This document shows, one piece after another, positions 20,184-29,309 of a DNA stretch of 32,000 nucleotides; position 1 is the first letter of the stretch; each line of letters begins with the position of its first letter. Location of the stretch: NCBI RefSeq assembly GCF_001457615.1, contig NZ_LN831024.1:4590001-4622000 (forward strand), written 5' to 3'. The notes beneath the pieces were generated by a model, which worked only from the letters and a program-made list of their open reading frames with translations, was not told the origin of the DNA and did no database searches. Position numbers and translations under genes: made by a program. Source of the DNA: Pseudomonas aeruginosa (lineage in GTDB: Bacteria; Pseudomonadota; Gammaproteobacteria; Pseudomonadales; Pseudomonadaceae).

Positions 20184-21098
20184 ATGCTGTCGTTTCTCCC
20201 CCATTTCCTGCGCGGCTCCCTGGCCGGCCTGCTGCTGGTGTCCAGCACCCTGTGCTGGGCCTGCCTGCTGTTCGGCATGACCCTGGTCAAGCTGCTCCTG
20301 CCGTTCGCCGCCGCCCAGCGCCTGTGCAGCAAGATCATGAGCCTGATCGCCGAAGGCTGGATCGCCTGCAACAAGGGCTGGATGAACCTGGTCCAGCGCA
20401 CCCGCTGGAACGTCCAGGGCCTGGAGGGCCTGGAGTACCAACACTCCTACCTGGTCACCAGCAACCACCAGAGCTGGGTCGACATCCTCGTCCTGCAATA
20501 CCAGTTGAACCGACGCATCCCGCTGCTGCGCTTCTTCCTCAAGCAGGAACTGATCTGGGTCCCGATCATCGGCCTGTGCTGGTGGGCCCTCGATTTCCCC
20601 TTCATGAAGCGCTACAGCAAGGCCTACCTGGCCAGGCACCCGGAGAAGAAAGGCCAGGACCTGGCGACCACGCGCAAGGCCTGCGCCAAGTTCAGCCGCA
20701 TCCCGGTAGCGGTGTTCAACTTCCTCGAAGGCACCCGTTTCACCCGCGCCAAGCACGACGAGCAGCAGTCGCCGTTCCGCCACCTGCTCAAGCCCAAGGC
20801 CGGCGGTATCGCCTTCGTCCTCGACGCCATGGGCGAGCAATTGAAGACCCTGGTCAACGTGACCATCCACTACCCGGACGGCAGCCCGACCTTCTGGTGC
20901 CTGCTTTCCGGACGCCTGAAGGACGTCGTGGTGCGCTTCGAGGAACTGGAGATTCCGCGCCAGTTCGTCGGCAAGAGCTACGACCAGGACGCCGGCTACC
21001 GCGCGGAATTCCAGCAATGGGTCAACCAGCTGTGGGAGCGCAAGGACCAGTTGCTCGACAGCCTGCACCGCGAGTTTCCCGGTAACGCCAAGGCGTAG
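20184..21098 (+). CDS. Lysophospholipid acyltransferase (PlsC-like, YihG-type)
   Basis: MLSFLPHFLRGSLAGLLLVSSTLCWACLLFG ... LVTSNHQSWVDILVLQY ... FLEGTRFTRAKHDEQ. Confidence 0.93.
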   Translation: MLSFLPHFLRGSLAGLLLVSSTLCWACLLFGMTLVKLLLPFAAAQRLCSKIMSLIAEGWIACNKGWMNLVQRTRWNVQGLEGLEYQHSYLVTSNHQSWVDILVLQYQLNRRIPLLRFFLKQELIWVPIIGLCWWALDFPFMKRYSKAYLARHPEKKGQDLATTRKACAKFSRIPVAVFNFLEGTRFTRAKHDEQQSPFRHLLKPKAGGIAFVLDAMGEQLKTLVNVTIHYPDGSPTFWCLLSGRLKDVVVRFEELEIPRQFVGKSYDQDAGYRAEFQQWVNQLWERKDQLLDSLHREFPGNAKA

Positions 21099-21127
21099 GA
21101 CGAAGAGCGCCGACCAGCGCCCATGAA

Positions 21128-21154
21128 AAAGCCCGCCGAATGGCGGGCTTTTTC
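21128..21154. terminator. Bidirectional Rho-independent terminator
   Basis: AAAAAGCCCGCC GAAT GGCGGGCTTTTT between convergent genes (stem 21131-21137 / 21142-21148 plus A/T flanks). Confidence 0.85.
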
Positions 21155-21167
21155 GTCCAGGCCGCGA

Positions 21168-21881
21168 TCAGTACTGCGGCTGGGTCTGCGCCGGGCCCTG
21201 GGCGCCCGGAACCGGTCGCAGGTTGACCTCGACGCGCCGGTTCTGCGCGCGACCGTCGGCAGTGGAGTTGCTCGCGATCGGCTGGTCCGGGCCCATGCCG
21301 CGGGTGCTCAGGCGGGTGCCGTCGACGCCCTGGGCGGTCAGGTAGCCGGCCACGCTCTGCGCACGACGCTGGGACAGGTCCATGTTGTGCTGGCGGCTGC
21401 CGGTGCTGTCGGTGTAACCGACGATCTCGATGGTGTTCTGGTTGTACTGCTTGAACGAGTTCGCCAGGTTGTTCAGCGGCGCGTAGAAGCTCGGGGCGAT
21501 GTTCGCCGAATCGGTGGCGAAGGTGATGTTGCCCGGCATGATCAGCTTGATGTCGTCACCTTGGCGCTGCACTTCCACGCCGGTGCCTTCCATCTGCCGA
21601 CGCAGCTCGGCTTCCTGCTTGTCGGCGTAGTAGCCATAACCCGCGGCGGCCGCGCCGGCAACGGCAGCGCCGATCAGCGCGCCCTTGCCACGGTTGTTGT
21701 GGTCGATCGCAGCGCCGGCGACGGCGCCGGCCAGCGCACCCAGTCCGCCGTACTTGGCCGTCTTGCTCATGCCACCCTGGCTTTGGCTTTGCGTGTCGTA
21801 GGGGTTGTTGTTGGCACAACCGGCGAGCAGCGCCAGTGCGGTGACGGCTGCGGCCAGAGGCAGGCAACGGGAGGTGAACAT
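21168..21881 (-). CDS. OmpA-family lipoprotein with glycine-zipper domain (YiaD-like)
   Basis: MFTSRCLPLAAAVTALALLAGCANNNPYDTQ lipobox; GGLGALAGAVAGAAIDHNNRGKGALIGAAVAGAAAAGYGYY; OmpA motif IEIVGYTDSTGSRQHNMDLSQRRAQSVAGYL. Confidence 0.95.
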   Translation of the reverse strand: MFTSRCLPLAAAVTALALLAGCANNNPYDTQSQSQGGMSKTAKYGGLGALAGAVAGAAIDHNNRGKGALIGAAVAGAAAAGYGYYADKQEAELRRQMEGTGVEVQRQGDDIKLIMPGNITFATDSANIAPSFYAPLNNLANSFKQYNQNTIEIVGYTDSTGSRQHNMDLSQRRAQSVAGYLTAQGVDGTRLSTRGMGPDQPIASNSTADGRAQNRRVEVNLRPVPGAQGPAQTQPQY

Positions 21882-21986
21882 GGGAAAACTACTCCTCGAG
21901 GTACTGAAACGCCCCTGCGTGAGGGGCGGCCGATATCTTAGAGCATAGCCAAGTGGCAAAATTCCCGATGCTCGGAAAAATCCTTT

Positions 21987-22628
21987 TCAGCCCCTGACGA
22001 AGGGGTTCTCGCGCATCTCTTCGCCCAGCGTGGTGTCCGGGCCATGGCCGGCGACCACCGTGGCGTCCTCGTCGAGGCTGTACAGACGCTGCCTGATCGA
22101 ACGCTGGATCGCCGCCGAGTCGCCGCCCCACAGGTCGGTGCGGCCGATGCCACGGCGGAACAGGGTGTCGCCGGCGATCAGCAGCTTCGCCCGGGGGAAC
22201 CAGAAACTCATCGAGCCCGGCGTATGCCCCGGCGTGTGCAGTGCCACTCCGCAACCGCAGGCCAGTTCCTCGTCGTCGGCCAGCCAGCGGTCCGGGGCCG
22301 GCACCGGCGTGTAGGGCACGCCGAACAGTTGGCACTGCATCTCCAGGTTGTCCCAGAGGAACTGGTCGTCCTTGTGCAGGTGCAGGCTGGCGCCGGTGCG
22401 CTTCTTCATCTCGCCGGAGGCGAGGAAGTGATCCAGGTGCGCGTGGGTATGGATGATGCTGACCACCTGCAGGCCGAGGCGGTCGAGGCGCTGCAGGATC
22501 AGTTCGTGGTCGCCGCCCGGATCGACGACGATGGCCTTCCTGGTCAGCGGATCGCCAATGATGGTGCAGTTGCACTGCAAAGGCCCGACGGGAAAGGTTT
22601 CGCGGATCAGCGCGGGGGATGTCGACAT
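21987..22628 (-). CDS. Metallo-beta-lactamase fold hydrolase (GloB-like)
   Basis: HTHAHLDH metal motif, VVDPGGDHELILQRLDRLG, LHTPGHTPGSMSFW, VVAGHGPDTTLGEE. Confidence 0.95.
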   Translation of the reverse strand: MSTSPALIRETFPVGPLQCNCTIIGDPLTRKAIVVDPGGDHELILQRLDRLGLQVVSIIHTHAHLDHFLASGEMKKRTGASLHLHKDDQFLWDNLEMQCQLFGVPYTPVPAPDRWLADDEELACGCGVALHTPGHTPGSMSFWFPRAKLLIAGDTLFRRGIGRTDLWGGDSAAIQRSIRQRLYSLDEDATVVAGHGPDTTLGEEMRENPFVRG

Positions 22629-22729
22629 GCAAGACTCCGATCACGGTCGGCGCGGCAAGCGCGCCATGGATTTCTATGAAACGCCAAGCATGGCACATCC
22701 ATCCGCTGCCGAGGATCGCCGGCGTCGGC

Positions 22730-23749
22730 TCAGGGCGCTTCGCGGTAGTCGCTGGGCAGCTTGCCGGTCCACTTGCGAAACGCCCGGCGGAAGTTCGACG
22801 AATCGTTGAAGCCGAGCAGCAGGGCGATCTCGTACAGAGGTAGCTGGGTGGTGGTCAGGTATTGCAGGGCCAGGCGCTTGCGCACATCGTCGAGGACCTG
22901 CTGGTAGGTGGTGCCCAACGACGACAGGTGCCGGCGCAGGCTGCGCCCGCTGGTGTGCAGTTCGCGGGCGGCCTGTTCGAGATCGGGGAAGTCGCCGGGA
23001 CGCGCCAGCAGCAGGCGGCGCACACGGGTCAGCAGGCCTTCCTGGACGTCCAGGGTGGCCAGCAGCGCCTCGCACTGCTGCTCGCACATCTGCACCGTGG
23101 CCGGGTTGGCCAGCGCCATCGGTCGTTCCAGGTACTCGCTGGGCATGCTCAGCCAGTGCCAGGGCTGCTCGAACTCCGCGGCCACCCCGAACACCTCGGC
23201 GTAGCGCCGGGCATGGGCCGGCGGCGGATAGGCGAAGCCGACCCGCACGTCCTGCAACGGCTCGCCGACCAGGAAGCAGGCGATGGAATACAGCGTCGCC
23301 ATCAGGCCCTCGGCGGCGAACACCGAGGCGGCGCCCAGCGGCATCGACTCCACCGCGCGCAACTCGGCGCGGCCGTCATCGAGCACCAGTTCCAGTTCGT
23401 AGGCCAGGCCGAGCACCCGGTAGTACTTGAGGGCGAACTGGATGGCCTTGCCCAGGTTGGCGCTGGACAGCACCGCGTAGCCGAGGATGCCGTGGGCGGA
23501 GACGTTCAGGCGCTGGCCGAGCACCAGCCCCAGCGCCGGCTCGCCGCACAGGGCCTGGGCGCTGTAGGTGAGCTGGTTGAAGTCGAGGAAGGACAGGCGG
23601 CCGTTCGGGCTGTCCAGCACCTCGGGACGCACCCGCGCAGCGTCGAACAGCGCCTGGCGGGATACGCCGTACTCCGCGACAAGATCGAGGAGTGCCTCGG
23701 CATAGGCCACCGGCACCAGTTCGGCGGTGAAATTGAGCGGTTGTTTCAT
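22730..23749 (-). CDS. oruR: AraC-family transcriptional regulator (ornithine utilization regulator, OruR-like)
   Basis: 339 aa; Arabinose_bd-type N-terminus, C-terminal AraC HTH: ARELHTSGRSLRRHLSSLGTTYQQVLDDVRKRLALQYLTTTQLPLYEIALLLGFNDSSNFRRAFRKWTG. Symbol assigned from locus context. Confidence 0.85.
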   Translation of the reverse strand: MKQPLNFTAELVPVAYAEALLDLVAEYGVSRQALFDAARVRPEVLDSPNGRLSFLDFNQLTYSAQALCGEPALGLVLGQRLNVSAHGILGYAVLSSANLGKAIQFALKYYRVLGLAYELELVLDDGRAELRAVESMPLGAASVFAAEGLMATLYSIACFLVGEPLQDVRVGFAYPPPAHARRYAEVFGVAAEFEQPWHWLSMPSEYLERPMALANPATVQMCEQQCEALLATLDVQEGLLTRVRRLLLARPGDFPDLEQAARELHTSGRSLRRHLSSLGTTYQQVLDDVRKRLALQYLTTTQLPLYEIALLLGFNDSSNFRRAFRKWTGKLPSDYREAP

Positions 23750-23873
23750 GGCTGTTTATTGTTCTGACCGCTGGCCGGATATGACCGGAAAGTTGGCAGA
23801 AGATAACCTTGTGAGGCTATCCCCCGCAAGCGATAGTCGATCCCATGGTCCTTCACCATCACAGGGAGCCGCT

Positions 23874-24707
23874 ATGGCCAGCACCACCCCCGAAGGTCTG
23901 GAGATCCGCCCGCGTCATCTGGACTTCGACCTGCCCGATCCGATGCCGCGCCATTGGCACAGCGGCGACGCTTTCAAGACCCACATGTTCAACGCCATGT
24001 CGGTGCTGTTCCCCGATGGCGAGCGCTTCTTCATCGACTCCGTGCGCCACTACCGCGAACGGGTCGAGGACCCGGCGCTGAAGCAACAGATCCGTGGCTT
24101 CATCGGCCAGGAAGGCCACCACAGCCGCGAGCACCTGGTCTACAGCGACCGCCTGCGCGCCCTCGGCTACGACATCGACCGCCTGGAAGGCGGCGCCAAA
24201 CGGCGCATCCGCTTCGCCCAGCAGAAACTGCACCCGTCGCGGCAACTGGCGGCCACCGCGGCCCTGGAGCACCTCACCGCGATCATGGCCGACGGCCTGC
24301 TGAGCAACCCCAGGTGGCTGGAAGGCGCCGACCCGACCATGGCCCGCCTGTGGCGCTGGCACGCACTGGAGGAAACCGAGCACAAGGCGGTGGCCTACGA
24401 CGTGTTCATGCTGGTCAACGGCAAGGCCAGGCTGCGCCGCCGGGCGATGGTCCAGGGCACCTTCTTCTTCGCCCTCGACACCACCAAGGGCCTGGTCCAC
24501 ATGCTCAAGCGCGACGGCCTGCTGTGGAACTTCAAGGTCTGGCGCGACGGCATCAAGTGGCTGTGGGGCAAGGACGGCGTGTTCCGCTCGCTGGTGGGCG
24601 TGTACCTGGACTTCTACAAGAAGGACTTCCACCCCTGGCAGCACAATAACCTGCACCTCATCGAGCAGTACCGCGACCAGTTCGAACCGGAACCGAAGGC
24701 CGCCTGA
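23874..24707 (+). CDS. Predicted metal-dependent hydrolase (PF10118-type)
   Basis: MASTTPEGLEIRPRHLDFDLPDPMPRHWHSGDAFKTHMFNAMSVLFPDGERFF ... IGQEGHHSREH ... WRWHALEETEHKAVAYDVF. Confidence 0.9.
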   Translation: MASTTPEGLEIRPRHLDFDLPDPMPRHWHSGDAFKTHMFNAMSVLFPDGERFFIDSVRHYRERVEDPALKQQIRGFIGQEGHHSREHLVYSDRLRALGYDIDRLEGGAKRRIRFAQQKLHPSRQLAATAALEHLTAIMADGLLSNPRWLEGADPTMARLWRWHALEETEHKAVAYDVFMLVNGKARLRRRAMVQGTFFFALDTTKGLVHMLKRDGLLWNFKVWRDGIKWLWGKDGVFRSLVGVYLDFYKKDFHPWQHNNLHLIEQYRDQFEPEPKAA

Positions 24708-24795
24708 CCCTCCTCGCCGCCCCTCCGCGCCGCGAGAGGGGCATGCATCGTTTCCCTGCCCTGCCTGGTATTTCGGCCCTTCGTCCACGCATTGA

Positions 24796-24828
24796 AAAAG
24801 CCCGCGACTGACCAGCGCGGGCTTCTTC
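24796..24828. terminator. Bidirectional terminator between convergent genes
   Basis: AAAAGCCCGCG ... CGCGGGCTTCTT (stem 24800-24806 / 24816-24822). Confidence 0.8.
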
Positions 24829-24842
24829 ATGACGGCCTGGGA

Positions 24843-25784
24843 TCAGGCCATCAGGAAGCGCAGTGCATCCGCCGCGGTCTGCTCGGGAATCTCCTCCATG
24901 GGGATATGCCCGACGCCCGGATAGGTCTTCACCTGGATCCCCGGCAGGTCGCGTTGCCACAGCGGTACGTGCTTCGGCGAGATCCAGCGGTCGCGTTCGC
25001 CCCACATCAGCAGGGTCGGCGCGACGATCCGGGCGATGCGTTCGCCAGAGGTGCCGAGTTCCTCGCGGTTGACCTTCAGCAACACGCGGAAGATCTCCAT
25101 CATGCCCTTGCGGTTGCCCGGGCGGCGGCTCAGATCGTAGTAGCGGTCGACCACCCCCGGCTTGATCCGCCCCGGCTCGCCATAGACTTCCTTGATGCCC
25201 TGGGCGATCAGCGCTCGCGGCATCCACAGCGGCATCGCCAGGGTCGAGCCGGGCAGCGCCGCCGAGGCGATCATCCACGGCACCTTGCGCATCTGGTAAC
25301 CGGCCGGGTCGATCAGCACCAGCCGCTCCACCCGCTGCGGCTGCGCCAGGGCGAAGTTCCAGGCGATATAGCCGCCCAGGGAGTTGCCGGCGATCGAGGC
25401 CTTGTCGATCTTCAGGAAATCGAGCAACTGGCCGAGGATCGCCACCATGCGCTCGCCAGAGTAACGGCTGTCACGCCCCGGCCCGGTCAGGCCGAAGCCC
25501 GGTACGTCGAAGCGCACGATGCGGAAGTACGGCGACATCGCCTTCACCCAGTCGTCCCAGGTGTGCAGCGAGGCCACTACGCCGTGGATCATCACCAGTA
25601 CCGGCTTGTCGCGGCTGCCTTCGTCGCGGTAGTGCAGCGGGAAACCGTCCAGCTCGATGAAGCGCGAGCCGCTGGACGGTGCGGCGTAGCGTTCGCGCAA
25701 CGACTCCAGCGAGAGAGAGCCGAAGCCCAGGCGGGCGAATCCGACCGCCAGCGGCGGTTGCAGCAGATAGGGTGTCGCGGACAT
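24843..25784 (-). CDS. Alpha/beta hydrolase
   Basis: LHYRDEGSRDKPVLVMIHGVVASLHTWDDWVKAM; nucleophile elbow GNSLGG; C-terminal GVGHIPMEEIPEQTA. Confidence 0.95.
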   Translation of the reverse strand: MSATPYLLQPPLAVGFARLGFGSLSLESLRERYAAPSSGSRFIELDGFPLHYRDEGSRDKPVLVMIHGVVASLHTWDDWVKAMSPYFRIVRFDVPGFGLTGPGRDSRYSGERMVAILGQLLDFLKIDKASIAGNSLGGYIAWNFALAQPQRVERLVLIDPAGYQMRKVPWMIASAALPGSTLAMPLWMPRALIAQGIKEVYGEPGRIKPGVVDRYYDLSRRPGNRKGMMEIFRVLLKVNREELGTSGERIARIVAPTLLMWGERDRWISPKHVPLWQRDLPGIQVKTYPGVGHIPMEEIPEQTAADALRFLMA

Positions 25785-25892
25785 GGACGCACGTCTCCCG
25801 TCTTGTTGTTATGACAGGGCATCAGAGCATGGCCACGACGGACTGCGAGCCCAACCTAGGTTCTGTAGGCGCGAGCGGCGACTGCCCGGCTG

Positions 25893-26576
25893 TTACCCTT
25901 GCAATCTCGTCGGAGCCTGGGTGCGGGGACAGAGCGTACCCACCAGCAGGTCGCCGAGCACCCGCTTGACCCGCGGCAGCTCCAGCGGGTCGCTGGCATT
26001 GAGCAGCTCCAGCGAAGCCGCCTCCATCGCCCAGATCAGCACCCGGTAGGTCAGCGCATCGTGGGCCGCGCCCTGGGCGCCCAGGCGCTCGGCCCACAGC
26101 TCGATAATCTTCAGGTGCGCGCGCTGCCGGTGCGCCGCCAGCGGCGAGCCGGCATGCAGGGCCTCCTCCTGCATCATGCGAATGATCGGACCGACCGCCA
26201 GGTGGTAGTCGAAGAACAGCGAGACCATCGCCCGCAACCAGTCCTCGTCGCTGCCGGCCTCGCTGCGCAGCCCGCCGAAGCGCGCCAGCAGCAATTGCAC
26301 GGCGCTGTGGTAGATGCTTTCCAGCACCTCCAGCTTGCCGGCGAAATACTTGTAGAAAGTCCGCCGCGAGACCCGCGCCGCCTCCAGCAAGTCGTTGACC
26401 GTGGTCTCGGCGATCCCCTTGCGGGTGAACACCGGGATCGCCGCGAGCTGGATGTTGGTTCGTTGCAGATGCCCCACCAGCGGCCCCTCGCCCTGCGCCG
26501 CCTGGCGCGCCAGCGCGCCGTAGCCGCCGAGGTCCTCGAATACCGCCTGCAAGCCGTCCCACTGCGCCGTTGCCAT
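25893..26576 (-). CDS. TetR-family transcriptional regulator
   Basis: HTH IPVFTRKGIAETTVNDLLEAARVSRRTFYKYFAGKLEVLESIY. Confidence 0.93.
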   Translation of the reverse strand: MATAQWDGLQAVFEDLGGYGALARQAAQGEGPLVGHLQRTNIQLAAIPVFTRKGIAETTVNDLLEAARVSRRTFYKYFAGKLEVLESIYHSAVQLLLARFGGLRSEAGSDEDWLRAMVSLFFDYHLAVGPIIRMMQEEALHAGSPLAAHRQRAHLKIIELWAERLGAQGAAHDALTYRVLIWAMEAASLELLNASDPLELPRVKRVLGDLLVGTLCPRTQAPTRLQG

Positions 26577-26663
26577 CCCGTCCGCCCCAATCGAAGCGCG
26601 GGGTGACGGCGGCCCCGGCCATCGCTAACCTAGGCCGATCCACGCGCCCCGCAAGGAAAGTCC

Positions 26664-27542
26664 GTGCCGACCCTATCACGCCGCCTGCTCTGGCCGCTGG
26701 CCATCCTTTTACTGGTTCTCGGCCGCCCGCTCGCGGCCGCCGACCTCTACTACCTCGGCCAGCGCATCCCGGACATCCAGAAGCCCTGGGACAGCCACGA
26801 CTACCAGGTGCTGATCGACGCCCTGAAGAAGATCGAGGAAACCCAGAAGAACGCCCTGCCGCGACGCAGCGGCGAATTCACCGGGCCGCTCTACCTGCGC
26901 ATGGTCAGCGAGGAAAACTTCCGCCCGCAGCTGAACATCTACAGCCCCCTGGAGATCCGCCAGAACGAGGCCCGCGAAGTACTGTTCAAGCTCAAGGAGC
27001 TGATGCGCCTGTACTTCGATTTCCGCGCCGCCAAGCAGCCCTACGGCGCCGAGGCGCTGGGCCTGATGAGCTACTCGCTGCGCGAGCAGTCGATCCTGTT
27101 CACCCTCACCGTCGAATTCTGGATGACCCTGTCCCAGGCCGAGCAGCGCAACCTCGCGCGCCTGCAGGGCATGCAGGAAACCAAGGCGGCCGCGGCGATG
27201 CTCACCGGCAGCGCCCTCGACTACCTCGGCCTCACCGCCCAGTTCGAGCGCCAGGACCTGGTGCTCTACTCCGCCGAACTGGCCAAGGAAATGCCCGAGC
27301 TGTTCATCCACCTGCCCTCCCCGGTGCGCGCCCAGTTGCTGGAACGCATCGCCGCTTTCGCCAAGGACCACCCTTACCCCGAGGTCCGCGACAACATGCG
27401 CGACCTGCAACCGGTGTTGCAGGCGATCCAGGCCGACGTGGAAAAACAGCTGGCGCCCGGGCGGAACGCCAAGGCACCGGACAAAGCCCTGGACCTGAGC
27501 CCGCCTCCGGAGGGGAAACCCAGCGGCGTCAAAGGTTTATGA
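26664..27542 (+). CDS. Secreted/periplasmic conserved hypothetical protein
   Basis: 292 aa with signal peptide MPTLSRRLLWPLAILLLVLGRPLAAA; GC-rich codon usage consistent with a real gene; divergent from the TetR gene. Confidence 0.85.
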   Translation: MPTLSRRLLWPLAILLLVLGRPLAAADLYYLGQRIPDIQKPWDSHDYQVLIDALKKIEETQKNALPRRSGEFTGPLYLRMVSEENFRPQLNIYSPLEIRQNEAREVLFKLKELMRLYFDFRAAKQPYGAEALGLMSYSLREQSILFTLTVEFWMTLSQAEQRNLARLQGMQETKAAAAMLTGSALDYLGLTAQFERQDLVLYSAELAKEMPELFIHLPSPVRAQLLERIAAFAKDHPYPEVRDNMRDLQPVLQAIQADVEKQLAPGRNAKAPDKALDLSPPPEGKPSGVKGL

Positions 27543-27603
27543 GCGGCGGATTGGACTCTCGCAGCCCTTTGCCGTAAACTGGTCGTCGACCTGTCAAGGT
27601 TTT

Positions 27604-27956
27604 GGGGCCGATTAGGATTCGACGCCGGTAACAAAACTTGAGGGGCATGCCGAGCTGGTAGCAGAACTCGTAAATTCGCTGCTGCAAACTTATAGTTGCC
27701 AACGACGACAACTACGCTCTAGCTGCTTAATGCGGCTAGCAGTCGCTAGGGGATGCCTGTAAACCCGAAACGACTGTCAGATAGAACAGGATCGCCGCCA
27801 AGTTCGCTGTAGACGTAACGGCTAAAACTCATACAGCTCGCTCCAAGCACCCTGCCACTCGGGCGGCGCGGAGTTAACTCAGTAGAGCTGGCTAAGCATG
27901 TAGAACCGATAGCGGAGAGCTGGCGGACGGGGGTTCAAATCCCCCCGGCTCCACCA
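27604..27956 (+). ncRNA. ssrA: tmRNA (SsrA)
   Basis: GGGGCCGATTAGGATTCGACGCCGG 5' end; tag reading frame GCC AAC GAC GAC AAC TAC GCT CTA GCT GCT TAA (27698-27730) = ANDDNYALAA; 3' T-arm GGGGGTTCAAATCCCCCCGGCTCCACCA. Confidence 0.99.
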
Positions 27957-27969
27957 AACGCAAACGATA

Positions 27970-28010
27970 AGCCCCTGATTTTCCTAGTGAATTTCAGGGG
28001 CTTTTTCTTT
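27970..28010 (+). terminator. tmRNA terminator
   Basis: AGCCCCTGA (27970-27978) / TCAGGGGCT (27994-28002) followed by TTTTCTTT. Confidence 0.9.
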
Positions 28011-28428
28011 GCCCAGTTCCTTGCCTGCTCCTCCAGCGCCGGGCCTTTCCTGTTGCCGGCTCGCCTTGCTGCTCCCTCCCCTACCGTGACCGGCACCCGG
28101 CGAGCTTCGCCAGCCCGCCCTTTTGGCTGCGGACGCGTGGAATGATATTTCCCGAATCTGTTAATGAGACCGTTCGATTCCGCCGCCAACAAGGTTCTGG
28201 AACGCTGGCAGGAAAACATTCATGGATTCAGGTTCGAAACTCCCCGCCCAAGAAAACGAGCCTCCGAGAAACCGACGCATACTTTTCGTCAAGCAAAGAA
28301 AAAGAATTTGAGCTAGACACTCACTACCAGGGTAAGCAGGCGTCTTATATCCCTGGAAAGCGAAACCTAAAACAGAGATTCCAAAACACGATAAACCGGC
28401 CTCCACAGACGCTCGAAGGACAAGAAAA

Positions 28429-29067
28429 ATGAAAAAGGAACCGAAAGGAGCAAAAAACAGGATAGTCATCGCCAAAGATGAGAAGAACGTTCTGACCTGC
28501 ACCAGCGAAGGGTTCGAATATACGCCAGACATCGTCAAGAACGTCTACGGAAAGAGCAGCCGACCCGCACTGGAAGACTGGTTCCTGACGGAACTTGATT
28601 TCTTTCGCAGGTATTACCCGGGATACGAGATTTTCACCCTCGGCTCCAGTTGTGTCTTCGGCGAAAAGTTCGTGAACTACCTGACCATCTGCGAATTCGA
28701 CATAGACAGTACCTACGCCTTCGACTGTCTCAAGAAGGCCCTGAGGGAGTCCGACCAGGCCATTCGGCGGAAACTCTCCGCCATGTGGAAATGGGACATG
28801 GCCGCCAGGAAGGACTGGAGCATCGTCTTCATGGTCGGGCACATGGACTTCGCCTACTTCCTCCAGCACAGGAAGGAGTTCCAGGGGGATGCCCATAAGC
28901 GCTTCATGAGTACATTCACCACGGCGGAGACGAAAATCACCTCTCGCGACTACAAGGTCATGCATGACGGCGCGATCCTGCCCTTCGACGAAACGGCCCT
29001 GTCGCCGGAAGACAGGTTCATTTTCGAGAACTATCAAAAGATAAAGTTCGAAACCACGCCACTATGA
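28429..29067 (+). CDS. Orphan hypothetical protein, no recognised domain
   Basis: 212 aa: MKKEPKGAKNRIVIAKDEKNVLTCTSEGFEYTPDIVKNVYGKSSRPALEDWFLTELDFFRRYYPGYEIFTLGSSCVFGEKFVNYL... Coding-like and followed by a hairpin at 29083-29112; lower-GC upstream flank. Confidence 0.7.
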   Translation: MKKEPKGAKNRIVIAKDEKNVLTCTSEGFEYTPDIVKNVYGKSSRPALEDWFLTELDFFRRYYPGYEIFTLGSSCVFGEKFVNYLTICEFDIDSTYAFDCLKKALRESDQAIRRKLSAMWKWDMAARKDWSIVFMVGHMDFAYFLQHRKEFQGDAHKRFMSTFTTAETKITSRDYKVMHDGAILPFDETALSPEDRFIFENYQKIKFETTPL

Positions 29068-29082
29068 AGTTAACGGACAAAA

Positions 29083-29112
29083 GCGAAAGGCGCCCGGCCG
29101 GACGCCTTTCGC
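29083..29112. terminator. Hairpin/terminator after the orphan CDS
   Basis: 10-bp perfect stem GCGAAAGGCG (29083-29092) / CGCCTTTCGC (29103-29112). Confidence 0.65.
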
Positions 29113-29161
29113 CAATAAACCCCAGCCACTCGCCAGTTGCTTTCAAGAACTTCTACGAAGT

Positions 29162-29181
29162 CCAGGAGTTCCGACTCCTGG
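29162..29181. repeat. Compact inverted repeat
   Basis: CCAGGAGT-TCCG-ACTCCTGG, 8-bp perfect stem with tetraloop, no T tract. Confidence 0.6.
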
Positions 29182-29309
29182 CCGACTCTTCCAGAGTTCC
29201 GCAATAAAACTACAAATCAAAAATATCCTCAGACTGGATGCTTGAAAAAACACCGTTGGCAACGTTTCAATTCCCACCATATCTTCCGCATGGATCAGTG
29301 GGAAAACTC

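Noticed and set aside
19539-21068. 509-aa reverse ORF over pta 3' end and the acyltransferase
   Set aside because: Spans two well-supported forward genes and their intergenic gap; Gln/Gly/Val-rich spurious ORF.
22862-26606. Forward and reverse shadow ORFs 22862..23767, 23859..24830, 24792..25814, 25899..26606
   Set aside because: Each mirrors a confidently identified gene on the opposite strand.
26570-27577. 335-aa forward ORF overlapping 26664..27542
   Set aside because: Arg/Pro-rich alternate frame; the 292-aa frame has a proper signal peptide and balanced composition.
27698-27730. Short ORF-like sequence ANDDNYALAA
   Set aside because: Not an independent gene; it is the tmRNA proteolysis-tag reading frame.
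27935-28219. 94-aa reverse ORF at the tmRNA 3' end
   Set aside because: Overlaps the tmRNA 3' end and its terminator; no domain and no RBS.
28142-28432. 96-aa forward ORF before the orphan gene
   Set aside because: Charged, low-information sequence without domain. It ends at the start of the better-supported 28429 ORF, so I treat it as noncoding or decayed sequence.
28345-29037. 230-aa reverse ORF opposite the orphan gene
   Set aside because: Considered as an alternative coding choice. The forward frame has a more natural amino-acid composition and is followed by a hairpin, so the reverse frame was rejected with moderate confidence.
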